Origin: Macrostomum lignano
Taxonomy: Eukaryota
Length of the DNA stretch: 64,000 nucleotides
NCBI GenBank assembly: GCA_002269645.1
Contig: NIVC01001057.1
Coordinates: 62,001-126,000, forward strand
Reading direction: 5' to 3'
This document shows positions 24,573-36,500 of this stretch, one piece after another (the first letter of the stretch is position 1; every line of letters begins with the position of its first letter). Below the pieces are notes generated by a model that was not told where the DNA came from, made no database searches, and saw nothing but the letters and a program-made list of their open reading frames with translations. The position numbers and the translations under genes are program-made.

Positions 24573-27500
24573 GTAAGTATATATCTCATGTTTCAGCGAA
24601 GCAGCTCAATTATTATTAGCGAAATTAGTATACATTATTTTCTTTTATAAAACAATCGATTGTTAGACTTGCTGGGCGATTGACAGAACATGCAGGGATC
24701 GCAGTAGTGCCTTCTTTTCAAATGCGAATGATTTGTTCACCTCCCAGTGAAAAAAATGATATGGATTCCATGTGGATTTTTCATATGAAATCCATATGTG
24801 CATTTGTCTCCGTCCATCCATGTGGAATCAAGATATGGATTCCACATGGAAGATCCATATGGAAGTAATTATGTATTTCACATAGAATCCACATTGTCAT
24901 TGAATAAGCAGCCATTATACTGGTTGCCATAATAAATTGTTGCATCCTAAATCTCAAAATAATACCAGATCTCAAAATTTCATACGAACCCCAGATCTCA
25001 ATACCATATAAAAGAAACTGAAACACAGATAAAACACTAGCTATAGCCAAAAATATTTCTGCACAAAAATTCAAAATTCAAAATTCAAAAACGATGTAAG
25101 GTGTATTTATGTACAGTAGTGAGTCACTGGCACACAAAGAATAAACACACTGATGTAAATATTGATATCTTTAGAGTTGCACTGCGCATATGATATAATA
25201 TATAATTTGAAATTGACATTGTCAATAGCATTAATTAATTAACAATAATATAATGCATCAGAATTAGAACAGTCAGAAACATGCTGCTGCCAATTGCCAG
25301 AATGCTGCTTCTTCAGGTCAGGTGAGCAACCTTAGAAAAGAAAGGGGTTAAATTACAGAGTTTTATAACAGATTGATGACAGATTTTGTAATAGATTTTG
25401 ATAGATTTTGATGACAGAAAAAAATAAGTTTATAACTAAAACTTACCATTGCTTCACAAAAGGTAGCATTTGAGATATTAAATTCAAATTCCAAGTAGCT
25501 TTGCAAGCTTCTTCAAATGCAAGACCAAGGTGACATCCAAGTTTGAGGATGGGTCATGTAATGTTAGGCAGAAATGAAATAGAAAAATAATTGTTGCCAA
25601 TTAAGATTGATAAATAATATTGATATAATTCATAAAACTAATTTAATGATAAATACTTATAAAATAAAATAAAGTTTATTTTAAAATTAACTAGGCCTAA
25701 GTCCTAGGTTTATTTTTTAAGCGCAAAATGTGCATATGCACCCTAAATTTAAAAATTGCACCTTGAAAATTGAAATTAAAAAGTTGATGATACAGTTTAG
25801 GTGCGATCTCATTACCTATTTTTCTGTTGAAGCCTTTTTTGCACTGCCTTTATATAAGAAAAAAGAGAAACTGCATTCTAAGCCTTAAAATCATAAAACC
25901 CTAAAAGTGAGCATAGGGTATGATTTTGCACCTTGTCTCTAGCAAAAAAGAAAACCCTACCCAAGTCAATCAATAAAATTAAATTAATAAAATTAAAATA
26001 ATAAGTACAAAAAATTAATATATGTTTTTATAAATTTAATTTTTTATTTTAAAATTGATTTTAGACTATAAAGTATTTAGGCAAAGCAATGCATGTTTTT
26101 TTTATATTTGCGGGCCTATTATGATTAAAAGGGGGGCTGAAGCCAAGCGGTAGCACAGCTGCTCTGGTGTGCCAGCGACCTAGGCTTGATTCTAAGTGCA
26201 GTCACATTAATTTGGGGCTAAATTGGAATCTTGGCTTGGCTCTCTGTTTGTGCAATTAATGGCCTTGAGAGCCAACCCCCAAGGCATAGTGAAGTATACA
26301 TGCCTAACAATAAATAAAGTTAGGGCCACTGTACACTCCTGTGTAAGTGTGCCTGCATACGTATCCGCACGCTTGTGTGCCTGCTCAAGGGAGTTAGTGG
26401 AATGGGCAGCAATGCCTCTCGCCAGTTGTATGCCTATGTCGCTTAAAGTGTGCTAGGGTGCACACAACCCCTGCCTCTAATAAAAAAAATAGTATGATTA
26501 AACATTAGGCCTAATCTTAAAAGCTATGCCCTAATAGCTATTAAATTCTGGACTTGGCCTAAATCAGATCAAATTTACAATAATCATTATTTATTTATAA
26601 TAGCAACCTTAGGGATCTGCTAGGCTAGCTATGCCAAAAACAGGTTGCAAGTGTAATTGCAAAGAATTATTTATAATGATTAATAATATTGTTTTTAAAA
26701 ATGCAACAAGTCTAAAAGATGCTAACAGGCTTTTTTGAAGAAAATCATAAATGAATAGATTTTTAACAGATTAACTAGATTGACTAGTCACAATTCACAA
26801 AGTCAAGCTAGTCTTAACCTTAATTAAAATAGAAGGACCTAAATTGATAGTTATAGGCCTAGGCCTAGCTTAAAATAGGCCTAATAAGCATACATAAATA
26901 GATAAGACTAATAGGTAGGACTAAGAGGAAATTATGAACTTCTAAAGGCCTATTTAAGTTTAAAAAATGAGTAGCCAATCTATGGACATGGCCATGGGAT
27001 TCCTAGAAATTGGATAAGCCTAAATAAATTTATCATGGATGGATTTTACCAAAAGTATTAGGCCTATCTATGATGAAATACTGATTTATCTAATTTCTAA
27101 TCCCATGGAGGCCATGGCCTTATAAGTTATTGCCTATAGGCTACATCTACTAAAATTTTTAAGGTGCTTAAATAGCCATAAACAAGGCAATTTATCTTTT
27201 AAGGCCTTGAACCAAGACATTGACGCGCGAATATAAAATAAAATAAATTTAATTTTAAAAAGCACGAAACGCTTTTTATTGTTCACTTCTATTTTGTCTA
27301 TTTTAACAAACAGTATCTTATTTTCTGATTATAATTTAGCTTTAAGATATTAATTTCTACTTAAAAGCATATAAATATAATAATTAATTATAGTAATTTC
27401 ATAAAAACGTCTGAATGCGGTGTATCACAGTTTTTTATCGAAGTGGATTCCATGTTGAATCAATATACGCTTATTTCTCATGAATTCCTTGTAAAATCCA

Positions 27501-30500
27501 CATCAACATTGGGACAGTAAAAATTAAAAAATAGTGCATAAAAAATACTTTGCATACCATTATGTCATCTTTAAGTCATTAATTTGCAAAAATTAAAGAA
27601 ACATTTAAATTCCACATGGCCACGTGGAACCCACGTGGAATCCATGAATCATTTTTCACTGGGCTGTCAGGTGACTTGACCTTGACGCTTATTTAGGCAA
27701 ACCTCTTTTACTTTTTTGTGGTGGATCCAGGGGTCAAAGGAGTCGCTAACCTTTTGTAGAAAACTAGGGATCAGTTAATTCTAAACCTGCTATTTTCTTT
27801 TTTAGTATAATTACATAAATCTACGAGTAGGCTAAATATTTGATAATCATCCTTAACATTATTAAAAAACGGTAGATCAAAATAGGTGAAGGCAAGCGGA
27901 TTCCTAATCAAAATCTGTATCAATAGCAATTGATACACCCTCGTTTACCGCATGGGGTGAATTGAAACGTGGATGGTCCATGGTCGATCCTGCAAATACA
28001 CATGAGTCGTCCTTGGTATATTTAAAAAGTTGCATACTTTAGAATGTCTAAGTGCAGAATAAAAAAACTTTGTCTATATTTGGCTATAGATATTCGCTTA
28101 AATTAACCAGTAGCTAAGCTAGCATCGATAATTTGTAGTTAATGAATCAACGAGCAAAACCATAATATATATTTGGTACCCAGAATCATACACGTACGTA
28201 GAACGTGGCACCTAAATTAGAACACAGTCATTTCTACTCATTTTTAGAGGCCCGTGCTGGCCACACGTTACTAAATTTAACTCTTTTGAAATAATTTGAC
28301 TAAAAAATCCAAACAAAATAATATTTGAACTTAAATAACCTCTATTGCTTTGTCAACATCGAATTTATAAATAGGCATTGTATTTTTGCTTTATTATCTG
28401 CAAAAATTTAACTTGTAAGTGTTTCAGAGTTTCGCAGAAAATGTCTGTTCAATTTCATTGGGACCAAGCGTTGTTGTATGCATAAGCAGTTTGACTTGAT
28501 GCACTGGTAGGTGTTAGATATGTAGCATGTATCTTAGAAACAAGGGAATGATGCTATGCAGGCTTATAATAGGGAGTGTCTACGTTAAAAAAGACTTTAG
28601 GCCTAGTCTCAGTCTCAGTTAATTTTTTTTAGTTTTGGCACTAGCCACTATCTATCTTGTCCTTGTTTGTAAAAAGAATGCACACTATTTCTAAAACTTA
28701 CCTTTTTGGATATTTTCCAAACATTCAACAAATAATGCTTCTGGGTATTCTTATTGAGGTATGTAAATTTTTATAAGTGAATATTTTAAAGTATAAAAAC
28801 ATGAAAAATGCAACTAATACCATTATTATAAAAAAGGAACTAAAAATGTAAACAAAATATTTTTTTAATAATTTGTTTCAATATATGATGAAGTTTGGCT
28901 AATGTTTAGTTTGTATATTTAATTCTAAAATCAAATACTTTTTTATGCTTTCATGAGTCTATTTTTGTTATAAATCAACAAAGCTACTATTTTATTGACA
29001 ATAGTATTAAAGTATTAATGTTAAATATCTTAAGTATCAAACATTTGATCATACTTAAATCCTAGTCACACTGAGGAAGGTATCTAATGAATGCAAGAAT
29101 ATGTTTCATCATATTTTGGAATATTAACTGTGTGCAAAGCAAAAATATGAATTTGTTTAGAGACCTACATCTGTTTATTGATATGCATAGCTAGGGCACT
29201 AATGTGCAATAGCATTAAAATCTAGTAAAATTTTGATTAAATCAAAAGTTAAAATAACATTAATTTTTGTACCTTTTCTAATCACTTTTTAGTTTAAAAC
29301 TCAGGGCCTTATTTTAACTCATGTTGAAAATTGTCAAAAAATCAGCTAAAACTTTACAGCAAAATTCCATTTTAAATTTAATTATTTAATTTTAATTTTA
29401 ATTTTAATTTTAATTTTAAACATAATTATTAAGTGTAGGTATGGCAATCCCCTAGTAAGTGTTGGTTTACTTTTTTCAGTTTAAGAAATGTTCTGACTGG
29501 CTGAATTTTGATTCTAATAAAAATTGCATCACAAAAAGTTGAAAAAATGTCAAAGAAAATCACACAATACTGGATTGAAATTGCATAACCATATTGCTAA
29601 CTTAGATTGAAATTGAAATTGATGCTCACTGACTGAGAAGTTGATTTTGTCATAATTTTATTGAAATTGATGTTGACTGCCTAAGAAATTGATTATGTCA
29701 TACTTTTACTCTAATTGACATGGTGTAAGAATTGAATTATAAGGGCCACCATTTTTCTCTAATTGATAAGAGATAGCCTAGATGCAAACAGACTAGACTG
29801 CTAATGTAGCAACCTAGGTTTGAATCTTAGTAGTGCAAAATATTTTTTATTAAAAAACCTTAACACAAAAATGCTAAACATAAAAGAAGTGCAATATGTC
29901 AAACATAAAAATGGCACCATGTCAAACATAAAAGAGCCACAATGTCAAACATAAAAGAGCCACCATGTCAAACATAAAAGAGGCACCATGTCAAACATAA
30001 AAGAGCCACCATGTCAAATATAAAAGAGGCACCATGTCAAACATAAAGGAGCCACCATGTAAAACATATGAGAGCCACCATGTCAAACAGAAAAGAGCCA
30101 GCCACCATGTCAAATATAAGGGAGCCACTATTTCAAACATAAAGAGTCACCATATCAAACATAAAAAAGGCACCATGTCAAACATAAAAGAGGCATCATG
30201 CCAAACATAAAAGAGCCACCATGTCAAACACAAAGGAGCCATCATGTCAAACAAAAAAGAGACACCATATACAACATAAAAGAGTCACTATGTCAAACAT
30301 AAAAGAGCCACCATGTCAAACATAAAAGGCCACCATATAGAACATAAAAGAGAAGAGAGCTTAGAAAAGGATTATTGTACTACCTGAAAAGGCAATTATT
30401 GCATTAGCTGAGGAAATTGTTGAACTAGCTACTTGCTGTCTGGTGGATTCTTGCTATTTAGGGATGCTGGCTATCTGGGGAATGCTTAGCTGGGGGATGC

Positions 30501-33500
30501 TTGCTATCTAGGGGATGCTTGCTATCTGGGGGATGCTTGCTATCTGGGAGATGCTTGCTTTCTGGGAGATGCTTGCTTTCTGAGGGATGCTTGCTATTGG
30601 GGGATGCTTGCTCTTAGGGGGGGAATCTGAGAGGGGTTTGCTAGCTATCTACGGATTCTTTCTATCCAGGGATGCTTGCTATCTGGGAGATGCTTGCTAT
30701 CTGGGGGTCACAGGGATGCTTTCTATTAGAGGGATGCTTGCTGTCTGGGAAATACTTTTGACTTTGGGGGAATTCTTGCTATTTTTATTGTAAAGGCTAA
30801 TTTTGTTGTGTACTTCTGTGACTTTTATAAAAAAGAGATTCATAGTAAACATCTTTCGTCCATGACAATTTTAGTCAAGTAAGGTGAAAACTGAAAAAGG
30901 AATCGGTTCTTTTAAAAGTGTGGTTTTTTAATGGTTTTGCATGAATGATTTTTGCTCTTTGCGTATTAGGCCTCCCAAAGGGGGGCATTAGATTGCTAGT
31001 ATTTAGCTAAACTTTAACTTGGTAATTTTTTGTACAAAACTGTGTACATTGGTTTGACTTGCAACTTGGTCCTACCTGCCACCTTGGCAATCTCTATATA
31101 CTAGACTGTATACAAAAAAGGCATGCTAGGCTATTCTGTATGCCAATGGTGTACTCCAGGTCCTTCTGTATACTGGAATTTTCTGCTTACATATATACCA
31201 TCTAGAGTCTGGTTTTTAAGTTATAAAAACTTTATTATTTAAAGACAAATTTATAAAAAAAAATATGTTGCATAAAGTTATAAGTATTGATATATAGTTT
31301 GACAATTCTTTTGCAACTATATTATAAATACATAAAGGATAATAGCTGGGTAATTCCACAAGATGACGGTCGTTGGGTTGGAGCAAATAATAATCAGTAA
31401 TCATACAAAAGAAAAACTAAATTGAGACTTTTTGAGTTCTATATTTATGGGCGTGACCTCTAGATTGAGATGAGATACATTTTAAAGTCATTTGTCTTAC
31501 TGTGTTGATTTAGCAGAGAGAAACTTTCGATGACGGTCGTTTTTGGTGAAAGTTTATGTATCCAACTTTATAACTTAAGTTTAAGATTCCTGCGAATCAG
31601 GCAAGTTTTTGTCTCAATTGATCATTAATTGTAGTAAACAATAACTAGATGAATGGTTACAAACAATTATTACATTTTAGTAGATAACTTTAACTGTGTT
31701 GCACATTTTTTCTTAAAGATCAACAAATTTCAGAATACTAGAAAAGGATGGTTGTTAGGTAACTTTGCAGGGTTTTTTTAGCATGATACACTTATCATAA
31801 ACTAACAAAAATGACTATAAACTTAAATATAGGCTCAGAAAATATTTTAGCAAAAAATTATCAACTTATAAACCTCTTGAAAATTAGTACGACAACTTTT
31901 TGTAAAAAAAAATGATGGTCGTTTTTAACACTTAAAAAAGGGAAGTCAAACTTTTTAAAATAAAAAATTATGATAGATAGAACTATATTAGATCATAAAA
32001 CTTTATAATTTCAGTCTTTAGATATAAGAAAGAAAGATTTTTTTTATTTATGCACTTGATGCATTATGTTTATTAACTTTTTTTCTTATTGAAAACTAGA
32101 TTAAACTTTTTATAATGTCCCGCGGGACATTTAAAATCTTGCAAGGGTACCATGATCAAAACAAAATATATATACCTAGAGGTAGATAAATGTGTATGAA
32201 ACTACATAAAAATGAAACTATACATAATTATATGCAAAATGAAATATTCACATTTGCAAATAATTTTTAAAAAAAATTTATTTTTTTTAGCATAAGAATG
32301 CTATATAATTTCTATACCTTTGATGACCCTATCATGGAATAACCCAGCTTTATTATGTAAATGTTTGTGTTTATTCTGGAGTAAGCTAAGGGCTAGGAGA
32401 TATCAGATTTACCTTGGGTACAATGTGGCACACTAGTGGATTTTGCTTTGTGTACTTGGTGCACAATTGAAAATATTGTTGGGTAACTTCTGGCACATAT
32501 GTAAGATGATCCTTACTATATTGCCTAACTGCCATCTCCTCTTCTATGGGCTTTGGTGATAACAGCAAAGATAAATGTCTAGAGTGGTTCTATGTTTAGG
32601 TACTATTAGTGCAAGGGATTCAAACCTTCTTTTCTCATCTTATATAGATGGCTACAGATTGGGTAGGAATAGAGGTTATTTTAAGCAACAGATATGTGGG
32701 CCTATTATATGCATTTTCATTCATGTTTTACATGAGTAAACTATGCCCATTTATGTGTATTTTGGGTAATTTTATGTGTATAAGCAAATGCACAAAATAG
32801 GTGTCTTTGGTACCATAGAAAGTACACAATAATAATACAATATTGCAGACAGGTATAGGAAGAATGCTAACTATATATGTATATGCAAGTTCCTAAAATT
32901 TGTTTATTTATGCAAGTATTCTCAATTGTTATAAGGCTTTTATTTTGACTAAGGCCAAAAATGGTGACTTAGCCAAGTTAAGGCTGAAGTGGGTTTTAAT
33001 AAATAAAGTTTAGAAAAAATCAAGACAAATTGATCAGTTTATGCATAAAAATGCAAAGAATATTGCTGAGAATAGAATAAACTGATAGATAAATAGAGCA
33101 ATTTATTAGATAAAAAAATTTAAGAATAAAAGGATAGTTACTAGTTAATTTTTTTTATTACTAGTGTAATAAAAGAGCAACTTAATTTGACATCAAGCAA
33201 TGAAAGTTCATGCACTGTATGGCTCAATTTATGTAGCTATAAACAATAGCATTCCAAAATAGATTTAGCTGAAAATCAAAATACATTGAAAATAATGGAT
33301 AGTTGTGTCATCTAAAAGCTTATTGCATTGTTAGCTAGTTTCGTGCTAAATAGAACCAAGGATTTGTTCAGTGGCCTGCTTGATGACTTTCTGCTAATTG
33401 TAGATAGAGTTAACCTTGGCTAAAATTTCAATACAAGTGCACTAGGATATAGGCCTTTATTGGTCAGCTGTATGACCAATCTGAGAAGTCAATGACAATA

Positions 33501-36500
33501 GAGATTGCATTTGGGCCATTGTTAGGGGCTTCAAATAGTTGTTGATATTGGGTTAGACATCTATCCAGTATGTTGGAAGTCAAGTATCAATTAACAGAGG
33601 CTGCAAATTTGTAAAATTAGTGCATACATGGCTTGTATAATTACTCTTGGCAGCATCTAAAGCCTCTTTGTTAGTGAGGACAGTCTAAATTTAAGGAGGT
33701 ATAATGATTAAGAATACTGGAATTAGGAACTATAGCTTAGTTACCCTTGCAATAGCAGAATAAGCTTATTTAACATAGCAATAAAAAATCAACTCTGAAA
33801 TGGTCCAAAACCTACTGTACCATTGAATGCTTTTCTGAATGAAGTCAAAATGCAAGTCTCATCAGTTTCGTAAGGTCATCAGCATGTTCTGCTACTTGGA
33901 TCACAACTCCAATGCCAATCCAGTTAGAACATTGGTAGACTCCTTCAATCTCTCTTGTTCCAGTTAAGTTGCATTCATGCCATACAAAAATTCAATTCTT
34001 CTACTTTTGTAGATTTGGAATTTATTCATCTTGAAAAAAACAATAAATAGTTTGGAGACATTTTGCTTTCTATGAATAAATATACTAAAATGACTCAAAA
34101 AGTAATATTTTATCAAATATAGACTAGTGAATTTCTTTATTTGATTTCGTTTTATATTTCAAAATTTGAAAATATACAAAAGTATTTTAATATTTTCACA
34201 ATATAAATGTAAGTCATAGTAAAGCAAAATAATGAGTAAAACTATGCTGTTCTAGTAATATTCCAGGTTAGTAGGCCTAAGCCTTATGTTGACACAAAAC
34301 ACATGCTGAATATGCTATATAGCTAATTGAGAAGAATAGTTTTACTGTAATATTAAATAATAGTAAAAAGTGCCAAAGAAAATTTATAAAATACTAACAT
34401 ATGTATATTAGATGAAAGCATATAAACATGCTAGTACATGTGTTGCATGCTATTAGCATTATAGTCCATTACTCAATATTTGAATAATTAACCATTTTTA
34501 CAATTTGCTTTAAGCAAAATATTGCATTGAAAATGCACTTACACACATCTAACAATGTGCATAGTATGTATGTTTTTTGTTCTCCATATGACATTACGTT
34601 CCAAATATGTGCATTTTATGCATGTGCATGTTGCTTGGATATAAAGGCAACAAATTACTGCAGGGTATACTGAATACTAGTGGTGCTATAATGTCTCCTC
34701 ATAGTGAATTTATGTAACTATATAATTAGCTGATAAAAACAATTGCCATTCAAATGTGCTGCATATTTTTCTTAGAAAAACTTCTCCTAAACAAAAACTA
34801 AAGCTTCTTATCAATAAAACTTGAACCACCTTAGCAAAGCTAACTGATATTATCTGAAATATTTGTTTCAACTAAACTGTGAAATCATATGTATATCTAC
34901 TTTCTGCCATTTGACAAAAAACAAATGACTGTTTAACAAAAAGGCTTTTAATTAAAAGGTTTTTGATGAAATGTCAATCTACTTTTAGACTAAACAGCCA
35001 TATGCAGCCTTCAGATGCACCATGCAATAGCTGTAGCTGAGCTGTTGGTTGAATATGTGGCCAAATTGTGGCAAGTGTAATCCATTATTTTTATTTTTAT
35101 TATCTTCTACTTCTAAATAGAAGTATGCAAAAATTATCTTTTGCAATGTTATACTTAGTCAAATAGGTTTTCTAAGTATATTACAAATAAATTTTCTAAA
35201 AAACACCCAAAAGCAAGTGTTGAAAAAAATAATTTTAAAGAATATCTTATAATAATAATAATTGTTTTTGATTTTGATTGCTTCATTAGTCCAAAGCAAT
35301 GTTTAGGGCCTAGTGTTAAATATCTTAGCAATGAAGTCAACTTTTGCAGTGCTTGAGGTGTTATTTTAAAGCTAAAATGTATAAAAAATTAATAAACAAT
35401 TTTGAAACAAGTTTATCTTATCAAGCTAATACTATGATAAAAAATCAATGGTAGGTCAAGATGATATGTAATTAGAGTGTTACTAAGAAATCTTTGAATT
35501 TATTTATCTTATATTTTAACTTTAATTAAAAATGTAAGTTTTTATAATTTGATACCAAACAATTATATAAATGTTTGTTTAAAAGAAAGTTAAACTAGGT
35601 TAGGCCTAGTTTTATTAACAAAAGTATAAATAACTTTTGAATATGACCTATTTAAATATGAATATCTCTTGGGAAAACTACATATGACTTATTTTTAGGT
35701 TAAATTTTAATTCTATTAAAAGAGTTTCTTTTAACAGTAGTTTAGTGTCTATAAATATCAAAAAGTAAAATTATTATTAGCTTCAAAGTCATTCCATAGA
35801 ATCATACTTTTGAAATAATTCATAAAATTTCTTAACATATAAATGGTACATTTCACTTTCAAGACCTTTTCTACATTGTATATAACTTCAAGATTAAAAT
35901 ACATATAATCTATTTTAAATCATTAATTTCTCAATTTAATGATAAAAAACTTTATTTAAACTGTTTAAAGTTTTATCTTATATGTAGCTAAGAATTTTTT
36001 TTATCTTTAAAACTAAATCTGAGTTTTCTAAGAGATAAATTGTCAGAATGGAAAAACTGTACATTGAATTCACAATTGAAGATTTATTCCATAAAAGTCA
36101 TTTAACTATTGGCTATTGGCTATTAGCTATTGGTAGAAAAAATATTATTAAAACTTGTGCCTAGCATATTTTGGCAACAAGAAATCTTTATTTTGATTGA
36201 TTATAACTTCTTCTATGTAATCCTATAGAAATAAAACCTAATGAATTTAGTAGAAGATATTTTTGTTATTATTTCATTTAAAGTTTTGAGGGAAAGGTTA
36301 AAAGTAATGTTTAGTAATAGACAAAGTTTGAGTAATTTTTTGAGTAGATTTTGAATAAGTTTTTAAGCTAAGCTTACAATACAAAAAGTAGAAAAAAATT
36401 AGTCATTAATACTATTGCAATTGTAGTCAACTATAAGTCTCTAGCATATTAAATGCAGATATTGTTTAGGCAAAATCAGAATTTTGCATATTCATAATTG

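Noticed and set aside
32105-32150. piggyBac-like end (ATGTCCCGCGGGACAT palindrome followed by TTGCAAGGG)
   Set aside because: No TTAA flank and no correctly oriented partner end; the CCCTTGCAA near 33745 faces the wrong way.
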